The notes under the pieces were generated by a model, which was not told the origin of the DNA, searched no databases, and saw nothing but the letters and a program-made list of their open reading frames with translations. Below, one piece after another: positions 19,080 to 28,343 of a stretch of DNA of 64,000 bases. The position numbers and the translations under genes were made by a program. Each line of letters starts with the position of its first letter. The stretch's first letter is position 1. Source of the DNA: an uncultured bacterium (lineage in GTDB: Bacteria; Babelota; Babeliae; Babelales; Babelaceae); assembly GCA_963713855.1 (NCBI GenBank), contig OY970209.1, forward strand, positions 1,024,001 to 1,088,000. Reading direction: 5' to 3'.

Positions 19080-20342
19080 ATGAGAGTAGGTATTATTGGT
19101 GGGGGTGCTTCTGGGCTTGTCACTGCCTGGTTGCTTGATCCAGTGTGTCAAGTCACGCTTTTTGAAAAGGAAACGTCATTAGGTGGTCACGTGCATACTG
19201 TGCACGTGCCATTTGGTGATGCGGTAGTTCCTGTTGAAGCAGGATTTGAATTTTTTTCGGATACGATGTTTCCCACCTTTAATCGACTGCTTTCAGTCCT
19301 TAAAGTGCCTATTAAAAGTTATCCGCTTAACTATTCATTTTTTGAGCCACATTCGAAAAAAAGCTTTGTTCTACCTCCCTTTGGTCAAGATGTTATAGAA
19401 TGGCATACCTTATTATCCTCACATCTGGTGGATCTTTTGCAGCTTAAGCATTTTGTCTCTAGAGCGGAGTCAATCATAGCGTCAAAAAATAGTAACATGA
19501 CCATTGAAGAGTTTATTGAAGGATTAGTGCTTACCAGTTCTTTTAAGCATTCTTTTTTGTATCCCTTTCTTGCAGCCTGCTGGGGTGCTCGTTTTGATGA
19601 TTTTAAAACCTTTTCTGCGTACGATATTCTTATGTGGTACGTCAAAAATCAGCCCTCGGGTTTGCAGCCGTTGGTTTGGAATGAAGTCGAAGGTGGAACG
19701 AGCGTTTATATTGAGGCTTTAAAAGATGATCTACGTTCAACTCAAGTGCGCTTAGGTGTTTCTAACCTACAAATTGAGCGTTCAAATAATATATACAGGG
19801 TTATTGAAAATGATGGCTCGGCATTCGAGTTTGATCATCTTGTTATCGCAACCAATGCACCGCAGGCAGCTTCTTTATTAGCATCTTTAGAGTGCATGGG
19901 GTATTTATGTGCCATACTTGAAAAAATTACCTATTTTCCCTCACTCATCGCAATTCACGCAGATCAACGGCTTATGCCTGACAACAAAAACCACTGGTCC
20001 GTCGTCAATGTGCGTTCAGAAGAAACTTTTAGTTCTCTTACCATTCATAAGCCTTGGTTAACGTCACATTTTCTTTTAAGAAGCTGGGTTACCTACGACG
20101 TACCATTAGATCTGCACCCGCTCTACGGGCTTTACTCCTTTGATCATTTACGCGTAACACCCGAGTATCTTCGTGCTCAAAAGGCTCTTGAATACGTACA
20201 AGGGCAACAGAATATTTGGTTAGCCGGCATGTATACCCATGAAATAGATTCCCATGAAAGTGCTATTTGCTCGGCTCTTCGCGTAGCAAGCGCTTTAGCA
20301 CCTTCTTCACCACGCTTACAAGCAGTAAAACTTTTTTCCTAA
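19080..20342 (+). CDS. FAD-dependent oxidoreductase (amine oxidase/COG2907-like)
   Basis: IIGGGASGL Rossmann motif, FEKETSLGGHVHTV, VEAGF, FDHLVIAT, QGQQNIWLAG, HESAI.SA. Confidence 0.85.
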   Translation: MRVGIIGGGASGLVTAWLLDPVCQVTLFEKETSLGGHVHTVHVPFGDAVVPVEAGFEFFSDTMFPTFNRLLSVLKVPIKSYPLNYSFFEPHSKKSFVLPPFGQDVIEWHTLLSSHLVDLLQLKHFVSRAESIIASKNSNMTIEEFIEGLVLTSSFKHSFLYPFLAACWGARFDDFKTFSAYDILMWYVKNQPSGLQPLVWNEVEGGTSVYIEALKDDLRSTQVRLGVSNLQIERSNNIYRVIENDGSAFEFDHLVIATNAPQAASLLASLECMGYLCAILEKITYFPSLIAIHADQRLMPDNKNHWSVVNVRSEETFSSLTIHKPWLTSHFLLRSWVTYDVPLDLHPLYGLYSFDHLRVTPEYLRAQKALEYVQGQQNIWLAGMYTHEIDSHESAICSALRVASALAPSSPRLQAVKLFS

Positions 20343-20403
20343 AGCTCTTTTTTTAATTCGTTTTACAGTATACTTGTTACTATTAGCTCATTAGGAAAAA
20401 TGA

Positions 20404-21282
20404 ATGAAAAAGCACGTAACGCTGTTTTTAAGCTTAAGCTGTATGCTTGTAATTCGCACAGAGGAGCACAGTATGGCCACTGAGAAAGAGACTCCTCAAT
20501 GCATTATTCTTAAACTGGGAGGAAGCCTTATTACCCAAAAAGATACCGATAAGGCGGAAATTGCTACGTCATTGCTTAAGGAATTGGTTCAAGAAGTAGC
20601 TCAAGTGTGTGCGGTAAAGCCTATTGAACTCGTTATTGTACATGGAACGGGGTCATTTGGGCACGTACCTGCAAAAAAATATGTTCTACCTTTTTTAGAT
20701 AACCCAAAAGAGCTTTCAAAGGGCATAGCTTTAACAAAGCTGAGTCTGCAAGAGCTTAATTACGCTATTGTTAAGGAGCTTGTTGAAGCTAATATTAATG
20801 CAGTTGCTTTTTCTCCCTCTTCAGCAGTTACTACCAGTAATGGATGCATTCAAACTTTTAACTTGCGGGCTTTAAAGGAGCTGCTTAATAAGGGACTTGT
20901 ACCCGTATTGCATGGCGACTGCGTTGTGGACCTACAAAAAGGCTTTAGCATTTTAAGCAGCGACACCTTAGCAGTGTATCTAGCAGTACAACTTCAAGCT
21001 TCTCGAGTTCTTCTAGCTATGGACTATAACGGCGTTTTTGATCGCGATCCCGCCTCAAAAGAATCAAAAAAAATTGACGTTATGACAAGGGACCAACTTA
21101 TGCTTCTTGAGCATTCAAAAACGCGCGGTACCGACCTTACCGGAGGTATTAAGAAGAAAGTAGAGGAACTTTTCAAACTGTCTTATCACGGTATCGAAGC
21201 TGAAATCATCGGCGGCAAAAACAAAGGTTACCTCAAGAGGGCTCTACTGGGAGAGCGCGGTCTTGGTACACTCGTTCGGTAA
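20404..21282 (+). CDS. Isopentenyl phosphate kinase-like protein (amino acid kinase family) with hydrophobic N-terminal extension
   Basis: LKLGGSLIT.K, IVHGTGSFGH, VPVLHGD.V.D, ILSSD, DLTGGIKKK. Confidence 0.8.
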   Translation: MKKHVTLFLSLSCMLVIRTEEHSMATEKETPQCIILKLGGSLITQKDTDKAEIATSLLKELVQEVAQVCAVKPIELVIVHGTGSFGHVPAKKYVLPFLDNPKELSKGIALTKLSLQELNYAIVKELVEANINAVAFSPSSAVTTSNGCIQTFNLRALKELLNKGLVPVLHGDCVVDLQKGFSILSSDTLAVYLAVQLQASRVLLAMDYNGVFDRDPASKESKKIDVMTRDQLMLLEHSKTRGTDLTGGIKKKVEELFKLSYHGIEAEIIGGKNKGYLKRALLGERGLGTLVR

Positions 21283-21329
21283 CAGTGTGATCTTAGTCAT
21301 GATAGTAAAATTCCTTGAGACTGGGCATG

Positions 21330-24300
21330 CTAAAGTGCCACAGAGTCCAGTGAAGTACGATGTTTATGGAGCCAGTATTTATACGCCACGAGTGAAAAAA
21401 CTGCTGCCGCTGCTCCCATAACACCGATAGCTACAGGCACACCGATACTAACACCGATAATTACGCCCAAGGGCTGACTACTTCCTCCGTCTCCAGCTGA
21501 GCTACCGCTATTTGTACTTGAGCCATCGCCAAAAAGAGAACCAATTGATACATCGTTTGAGTAAAAGTTTGCTGTTGCCAAGAACGTGTTGTTGATCGTA
21601 TCAAAAACAGGTGCAAAGTTAATACTTACGCAATGCATCGAATTATTAGGTAGGTGAAAGGAAGTGCCTTGACTTAAAATAGTGCCTTGAAGGGTAAAAA
21701 GCGTCAAAGTACTTGAATCGCTATTCGCAGTGGCCACAAATGCTTCACTTGGAGATATCGCGACTGACTGAGGGTTAAGGTCGGTTGCTGGTAAAGGATA
21801 AGATTGTCCTGTACTCAGCGAACCAGCTTGCAAAGTAAACACAGTTACATCATTAGATAGACCGTTAGCAGTAAAGATAATCGAGTTACTACCCGCCAAA
21901 CTTGAAAATGCTACAGCTTGGGGACCAGTTGATCCAGCTGGTAGAAGTTGGGAAGTTCCGCTATTAAGGGCGCCGGAAGTTACTTGAAAGAGAGTGATAT
22001 CATTTGAAGCATAATTAGCTGTAGCAAGATGTGAGCCATCAAATGCAAAGGCTACTGCTGCTGGCTCAGTAGATCCTGGAGGAAGAGGGTAATTAATACC
22101 TCCACTTAAGGCTCCTGCCGCAAATGTGAAAATACTTACATCATTAGAACCACGATTAGCAACGGCAAGATACAAGTCATCGGGTGAAAAATTTACTCCG
22201 GCAGGATGAATCGATCCTGAAGGTAAGAGAAAAGATTGGCCATTAGTAAGGGTTCCTCCCACAAGAGCAAAAAGCGTAATATCATTCGTGTTATCGTTGC
22301 ACGTTGCTACATACGAGCTGTTTGCAGAAAAGGCTATCGATGTTGGGTAAGACAGAGCTCCTAAATTATAGGGTAGGCGGTAGGATTTTTTTGCTCCCAA
22401 GGTGAGCGTATTATTTGCTGTAACTACCTGAAAAAGAGATACATCGCTCGAGGCATAATTTGCTGTTCCTAAATATGAACCATTAGGAGAAAAAGCCACA
22501 GAAGCTGGCTGCCTTGAGCTTACAGGAAGTGGAGGAAGAAGATACGATTTTCCTTGGCTTAAAACTCCGCCTGAGAACGTAAATACGGTAACATCTGAAG
22601 AAACGTTATTAGCAGTAGCGCAATAGGAGCCGTTAGGAGAAATTGCTACGGAGCTTGGTCCATTGGAGGTTGAAGGTATTGAGTATGAAGTGCCGGCATT
22701 CAAAGCTCCACCACTTCCCACTGTAAACACCGTAACATTAAATGATGAGTAGTTAGCGGTAAGAAGATAAGCACTATCAGCTGAAAATGTTGCTTCAAAG
22801 GGACCTAACGCACCAGAGGGCAATGAATAGTTCGTTCCGCTATTAAGAGCACCGCCTGATCCCACAGTAAATATAGTTATGTTGTTTGAATTATAATTGG
22901 CCGTTGCAAGGTAAGACCCATTTGGTGAAAATGCTATAGAATAAGGAACATCAGAACCGGGAAGCGCATACGATGTAGCACCACTAAGAACACCACCCGC
23001 TCCAACCTGAGATATCGTTACAGATCCAAAACCATCACCCGTTGCTAAATATAAACCGTTAGGTGAAAAGGCGACTGCCATTGCGCCGGTAGTACCCGAC
23101 GGAATCGCCGGAAGAGTGTAAGAGGTAGCTCCGCTTAAAGCACCCCCCGAACCAACTTGAAAAATTGTCACTCCCCCTTGGGTCGAGGTGTTAGCCGTGG
23201 CTAAATATAAGCCATTCGGCGAAAAGGCTACCGAGGATGGGCCCGATGAGCCCGCAGGAAGCGTGTATGAGGTAGCACCGCTTAAAATACCTCCAGCACC
23301 TACTTGAAAGATGAAGACCTCATTTGCAATATCACTTGTGGCTGCAAGATAAGCACTATTTGGTGAAAAGGCTAGCGATTGACTCGCCGTGGCATCGGAT
23401 AATATTTGGGTCGAAACTCCTCCACTTAAGGCTCCGCCTGTTGCCACGTTGAATAGCGTGACGTTGTTTGAGCCATTAGCCGTAGCAAGGTATGAGCCGC
23501 TTGGTGAATAAGAAATCGAAACGATATTCGTAGAACCTGAAGGAAGAGCATACAAAGTCGCGCCTGAAAGTGCTCCGCCAGCTCCAACAGTGAACACCGT
23601 TACAGCCTCTGATCCGCTATTAACATTAGAACAAGCAAATTGCGAACCATCTGGAGAAAACGTTCCAACCAATGCACCCGAAGATCCGCTTGGCAAAGCA
23701 TACGAGGTGCCTCCTGTAAGAGTACCACCCGCCCCCACATTAAATACTGTGATATTATTTGAAAGAAGATTAACGGTTGCAAGATAGTTGTTATTTGGCG
23801 AAAATGAAACGGTCTCTGGCCCCTGTGAACCTGCAGGTAAAGAATAAGAGGTCGCTCCAGAAAGCACTCCGCCAGCTCCTACAACAAATACCGTCACGTT
23901 GTTTGAGTTGGGATTTGCAACAGCAAGGTATAAACCATTTGGGGAAAATGTTATGTCGATGGGATATCCTGAACCTCCTGGTAGAGGATACGAGGTTGGC
24001 TGGCCCAACACTCCTCCAGCCTGGACACTAAAGATGGTAACGTCACTCGTAGCATTTGCTGTTGCGACATAATTACCATCGGGAGAAAATGCTATCGAAT
24101 AGGGGCCATCAGAGCTAGATGGAAGAGGATAGGAGATTCCCGCTCCTAAGATGTTGCCTTCTACTGTAAATATTGTAACGTCGTTGCTACCATTACCGGT
24201 AGCAACATATAAGCCATTAGGCGAGGTTGCGATTGTGTTAGGAATGGAAGATTTAAGGGGGAGTATATAGGTGCCAAGCTCAGTAAGGCCGCTTGCAGCT

Positions 24301-24641
24301 ACACTAAATACTGCTATATCACTCGTTAGACCATTAGCGGTAAAAAAGAGAGAGCCGTCAGGAGAAAAAGCTCCTTGTTTTGGACTAGTTGGACTTGGTG
24401 GAAGCGCATATGAAAAAGTTTCATTTAATGTTCCTTGCGCAGTGACAGTAAAGATCGATATGCCGTTATCATTAGCTGTCGCAAAATAGGAACCATCTGG
24501 AGAATACACTCCATCATGGGGGTATAAAGCGACACCCGGTAGAGCATAACTTACTTCAGTTAAAGCCGTTATTTTAAAGCTAACAAGAGACGCTAGCGCG
24601 AAAAGCAAACAATAGATATAATTCTGAACATTACGTGACAT
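21330..24641 (-). CDS. Large beta-propeller repeat surface protein (21 repeats); paralogue 2
   Basis: Same repeat and architecture as 9289..12585; RBS aggaagg before ATG 24641 (MSRNVQ); TM then YKYWLHK. Confidence 0.88.
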   Translation of the reverse strand: MSRNVQNYIYCLLFALASLVSFKITALTEVSYALPGVALYPHDGVYSPDGSYFATANDNGISIFTVTAQGTLNETFSYALPPSPTSPKQGAFSPDGSLFFTANGLTSDIAVFSVAASGLTELGTYILPLKSSIPNTIATSPNGLYVATGNGSNDVTIFTVEGNILGAGISYPLPSSSDGPYSIAFSPDGNYVATANATSDVTIFSVQAGGVLGQPTSYPLPGGSGYPIDITFSPNGLYLAVANPNSNNVTVFVVGAGGVLSGATSYSLPAGSQGPETVSFSPNNNYLATVNLLSNNITVFNVGAGGTLTGGTSYALPSGSSGALVGTFSPDGSQFACSNVNSGSEAVTVFTVGAGGALSGATLYALPSGSTNIVSISYSPSGSYLATANGSNNVTLFNVATGGALSGGVSTQILSDATASQSLAFSPNSAYLAATSDIANEVFIFQVGAGGILSGATSYTLPAGSSGPSSVAFSPNGLYLATANTSTQGGVTIFQVGSGGALSGATSYTLPAIPSGTTGAMAVAFSPNGLYLATGDGFGSVTISQVGAGGVLSGATSYALPGSDVPYSIAFSPNGSYLATANYNSNNITIFTVGSGGALNSGTNYSLPSGALGPFEATFSADSAYLLTANYSSFNVTVFTVGSGGALNAGTSYSIPSTSNGPSSVAISPNGSYCATANNVSSDVTVFTFSGGVLSQGKSYLLPPLPVSSRQPASVAFSPNGSYLGTANYASSDVSLFQVVTANNTLTLGAKKSYRLPYNLGALSYPTSIAFSANSSYVATCNDNTNDITLFALVGGTLTNGQSFLLPSGSIHPAGVNFSPDDLYLAVANRGSNDVSIFTFAAGALSGGINYPLPPGSTEPAAVAFAFDGSHLATANYASNDITLFQVTSGALNSGTSQLLPAGSTGPQAVAFSSLAGSNSIIFTANGLSNDVTVFTLQAGSLSTGQSYPLPATDLNPQSVAISPSEAFVATANSDSSTLTLFTLQGTILSQGTSFHLPNNSMHCVSINFAPVFDTINNTFLATANFYSNDVSIGSLFGDGSSTNSGSSAGDGGSSQPLGVIIGVSIGVPVAIGVMGAAAAVFSLVAYKYWLHKHRTSLDSVAL

Positions 24642-24883
24642 TACCTTCCTCTTTTTTTCATAAACTGGTCTATCATCTATCATGTAAGCCTCTTGAGTGT
24701 TGGTTATTGTGATGACTTGAAGAGTCTTGAGAATTTGCTGAATGCTATCATTGCAGTCATTATTTGTCAATATGACTTTACCAATATCCCGCTGACTGAA
24801 AAATAGTTATTTTGACATTCGAGCTTTAAAGCCGCATTTTTTTTGCAAAAGACTCTTTTTGCCGCCTCAATCGGGCACTCTTG

Positions 24884-25753
24884 CTACGGTTGCTCGTTGC
24901 CGGTGTCATCTTCTAAAGTCGGCCCACCAATTTTTGACATGAGCTGGCTTGCCTGCACTGTTACGCCCGTGATAGGAATGGTCAAATAGAGCATTTTTAG
25001 TACTTTGCTTTTTAAAGCCCCGTCGTTCAAGAATTGTTTAAAGACCATGCGAGCAATGAGAACATGCGTTAACAAGTAACCTACAAAAAAGAATACATTA
25101 TCCCAGCTTTCAAGCTTATTAGCTTCTGGAATGATAGCTTCTGAAGCATTCGCGGGTAAGCTTGTAATTACTTTTAACATGTCCAAAATGGGGTGAACTA
25201 AGTAATGTACGGGAGTATAGATAAAGCCATTTAACAATCTGTGAAACAGCTCAGTAAAGCCTACAAGCTCTTGATTAAAAGCATCTTTTGTCATGGTTAT
25301 AGTTTTTAGGAGATCCTTGGCCACAGATGATAAGATAAAAAGGGAGCCAAGAATGTGAAAAATTACGTTTCCGTCAGATTGTAGCCATTCTCCTAGTTTA
25401 TTAATTTGCTCAATGTTTGCATGTTTGGCCAATTTAATGAGTAGCATAACGACGGCAAATATTGTCATATTTCGACCTATCATATCTCCAATCATAAAAG
25501 CAGTTTTAAGGCTTTCGGGTTGAGCTTCAAAGTTATTCACGAACTCATTTTCATCTATTTTGGTTCTGAAATCCTCAATAATGCCCGCAAGGATTGCATC
25601 AGGGATATTTGCAGCAACATATAGCGGTTCAAAAAGTGTGCGAAAAGCACCTTTAAGCAGCGCGACATCGCTTGCTAAATATGGTGTTGCTAAGCTTTCA
25701 GCTGGTAGCCCAAATACAATGAACGAAAATAAAAGCAATATTTTAAGTTTCAT
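24884..25753 (-). CDS. Hypothetical multi-pass membrane protein with signal peptide
   Basis: 289-aa ORF, RBS aaggga, several hydrophobic helices; no family recognised. Confidence 0.7.
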   Translation of the reverse strand: MKLKILLLFSFIVFGLPAESLATPYLASDVALLKGAFRTLFEPLYVAANIPDAILAGIIEDFRTKIDENEFVNNFEAQPESLKTAFMIGDMIGRNMTIFAVVMLLIKLAKHANIEQINKLGEWLQSDGNVIFHILGSLFILSSVAKDLLKTITMTKDAFNQELVGFTELFHRLLNGFIYTPVHYLVHPILDMLKVITSLPANASEAIIPEANKLESWDNVFFFVGYLLTHVLIARMVFKQFLNDGALKSKVLKMLYLTIPITGVTVQASQLMSKIGGPTLEDDTGNEQP

Positions 25754-25908
25754 AAACAGTATCCCTTTGTGTGAAAAACGGTACTAGTTTAGCAGAGATT
25801 TAAGTATAAAATAGTGGCCAAGTGGGAGAATTTTTCCATCTCGATCTTTTAAAAAAAATATTCCCAGCTATCCTAGAGGTACAATGTAGCTAAACATCAA
25901 GAGGGCAT

Positions 25909-27294
25909 ATGCGTAAAGTGTTTTCTATAGCCAGTTTTGGTTTACCTATTTTTATTCTCTTTGCGGCATACGCAAATGGAGCTAGTAAATCCAGTTATTA
26001 TAGAGTCTTGGAGCACCTTGCTGCTTTATCGCAAACATGCCGCACTACTATTCAAAAGGAAGGCAGCGGTGTATTTGTAATAGCCGGCTTTAGCGGAGAT
26101 TTATCAAAACGAAAACTTTTACCGGCACTTTACGAGCTTGTGCATCATGGCTTTAAAGGCGTCATTGTAGGACTTGGGCGATCTGATCTGTCAGTTGATA
26201 AGCTTATCGAAGAAGCCCGCATCTTTATCCCCCGCGTAGATGAGAAAATGCTTTTAAACCTTAGGCAAATGACGCACTATTTTAACACATCAAACCCCGA
26301 AAGCATGTCAAAGGTTTCGGAGTTTATACAAAAGCAAATACAAGAAAGGCGTCTTTTTGATAGGCGGATTTTTTACTTGGCAACGCCATCTGATAGCTTT
26401 TGCCCTTTGACAAAACAAGCTGTGGAGTCAGGTATCATTCAAAAGGGCAATAAGGATCACATTATTGTATATGAAAAGCCTTTTGGGAAAGATCTATCTT
26501 CTGCTCAAGCTGTTAATAAGTGTCTCAACTTATATATTCCACAAGAGCAGCAATACTTGGTAGATCATTATTTGACCAAAACTCTTATCAAATATGCGCC
26601 CCGTCTTGTTAGCTATTTAAGCTCACTTGGTTTTATAATCCACGATGTAGAATTCTTTTTTGACGAGAAGATAGGCATAGAAGGGCGCGGCTCTTTTTAT
26701 GAAGAGGTGGGTGTTCTTAATGACGTTGTACAGAATCATGCTTTGCAAATCCTTGCCACATTTGTTGCCGGAGCAACGCACGCAGCAAAAACAACTTTTT
26801 TGCACTCGCTCCAATTGACCCATGGTATATTTGGTCAATATGACGGCTACCGTAATGAAAAAGATGTAGATCCTTTATCCATCGTGCCAACGTATACGGA
26901 GCTTTTTTTCAAAACCAACCCAGTAAGCTTTCCAATCAGTATAAGAGCGGGCAAAAAACTGTCACGTAAAGCCACTGAGTTGAGAATACGTTTTTCAAAA
27001 CCGCAAGGCAAAGGGTCTGCGCTTCTAACGATTCGTTTGGCGCCTTCAGAGAGCTTGTCTCTCAGAGCACCACTCGTGGATAGTAATCCTAATCTTGCAA
27101 GAGCAACGCTTGATATTACATTTCCCATTAACACTACTGAACCCTATACCGTTCTTCTTTCGCGCCTTATAAGCGGCGATACCAAAATGAGTGTGACGCA
27201 AGAAGAGATAGAAGCTCAATGGCACATTATAGATACGATTCAAAGAGAAGTTTTGCCGTTCATGTTTTATGCGCCAGGTTTTGGAATGCTTTAG
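25909..27294 (+). CDS. zwf: Glucose-6-phosphate 1-dehydrogenase-like protein, divergent, with signal-peptide-like extension
   Basis: GFSGDLSKRKLLPAL, FYLATP, YEKPFGKDL, DHYLTK, GIEGRGSFYE..G...DVVQNHALQ, GQYDGY, RAGK. Confidence 0.8.
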   Translation: MRKVFSIASFGLPIFILFAAYANGASKSSYYRVLEHLAALSQTCRTTIQKEGSGVFVIAGFSGDLSKRKLLPALYELVHHGFKGVIVGLGRSDLSVDKLIEEARIFIPRVDEKMLLNLRQMTHYFNTSNPESMSKVSEFIQKQIQERRLFDRRIFYLATPSDSFCPLTKQAVESGIIQKGNKDHIIVYEKPFGKDLSSAQAVNKCLNLYIPQEQQYLVDHYLTKTLIKYAPRLVSYLSSLGFIIHDVEFFFDEKIGIEGRGSFYEEVGVLNDVVQNHALQILATFVAGATHAAKTTFLHSLQLTHGIFGQYDGYRNEKDVDPLSIVPTYTELFFKTNPVSFPISIRAGKKLSRKATELRIRFSKPQGKGSALLTIRLAPSESLSLRAPLVDSNPNLARATLDITFPINTTEPYTVLLSRLISGDTKMSVTQEEIEAQWHIIDTIQREVLPFMFYAPGFGML

Positions 27295-27366
27295 AAAACA
27301 GTGCCGTCAATACAGTTTTTAAAAAGAGAGAAGTGGGCAGAAGAGTATGCTCCTGCCCTAACATAC

Positions 27367-27606
27367 CTATCTACTTGAAACGATGCGACGTGTGACTTGT
27401 TTTTTTGCACATACATAACATTTTTGATTCGGGTTATTCATAGTAGCGCAATATTGCTCTTTACAAATGCCCTTACTGCCATCAAATCTCGTGCAAGAAG
27501 AACCGACATTGTTTGCATTGCAAGGGGTTTTTTTATAGGTGTCTTGAGCTACCGGTACAGTCGTTCCAACAAGCCCTAAGAGCGCAAAAAATACGTATCT
27601 TTTCAT
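27367..27606 (-). CDS. Small secreted 6-Cys peptide A
   Basis: RBS aaggag; signal peptide; C-x8-C-x9-C-x4-C-x9-C-Y-x-C. Confidence 0.7.
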   Translation of the reverse strand: MKRYVFFALLGLVGTTVPVAQDTYKKTPCNANNVGSSCTRFDGSKGICKEQYCATMNNPNQKCYVCAKKQVTRRIVSSR

Positions 27607-27712
27607 TATGTGTTCTCCTTAAATAAAATAAAAAATATATAGCACTAATATTAATTTTAATTTTTTTAAAAGCTCAAAGTCAATACTAGATGAAAAATAA
27701 AAATCTATTATA

Positions 27713-27928
27713 TTATTGCGGCTTACAGGTATAACATAGTCCGGTGAAGTGGCAAATATGCGCTCTGCAATACCCTGGTCGGGCATCCCAGGTAAGACAA
27801 GGCTTTCCTGCATTGCGGTTGCAGTCATTTACGAATTGGTTCATATGGGCGTATGATTTTTGATGAGCGTTTGAGGCACCCAAGGAGATAGAGCTGCTTA
27901 TTAGAAAGATATAAAAGCAAAATTTCAT
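27713..27928 (-). CDS. Small secreted 6-Cys peptide B
   Basis: Signal peptide; C-x7-C-x9-C-x4-C-x5-C-Y-x-C, same frame as peptide A. Confidence 0.65.
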   Translation of the reverse strand: MKFCFYIFLISSSISLGASNAHQKSYAHMNQFVNDCNRNAGKPCLTWDARPGYCRAHICHFTGLCYTCKPQ

Positions 27929-27933
27929 AAGTA

Positions 27934-28332
27934 TTACCCTTCTAGGCAGCGCTTACATGCGGTTATGCACTCATTGCAAACTCGTTTACAATTATCAGCA
28001 AAATCAATACATCCCTGACTAACGCCAAGAGAGCATTGTTGAGCTGAATCTCTACACATTTTAATGCACTCGTGACATTTTTGGATGCATTCATCCAGAA
28101 GTTTGACATGTGCCTCATTGACTGCAACTTGCTTATAATCTTCGCAGTATGCGATGCATTTTTTGCATGCTTCAATGCATTCTAAGCAGTACTGGATGCA
28201 CTCTTTTGTTTGGCTGATGCAGTATTCTTTAGTGCCGCACTCTTTTACTTTTTGGCACACATCAGCGCACTCTTTGCACCTTTTGATGCAAGCTTTGCAT
28301 GCATCTATCATTTCTCGGCTCATTGCGTGCAT
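27934..28332 (-). CDS. Four-helix-bundle copper-storage-like protein (Csp3/DUF326)
   Basis: 24 Cys counted in 132 aa, in CxxxCxxC helical spacing; RBS aaggag before ATG 28332; no signal peptide. Confidence 0.75.
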   Translation of the reverse strand: MHAMSREMIDACKACIKRCKECADVCQKVKECGTKEYCISQTKECIQYCLECIEACKKCIAYCEDYKQVAVNEAHVKLLDECIQKCHECIKMCRDSAQQCSLGVSQGCIDFADNCKRVCNECITACKRCLEG

Positions 28333-28343
28333 ATTTTTCTCCT

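Noticed and set aside
24642..24770. Longer ORF-track starts for several genes (24770, 4732, 12539, 28410, 44099, 60776)
   Set aside because: Downstream ATGs fit better: most have an RBS, give a proper leader or family N-terminus, or avoid overlap with the neighbouring gene.
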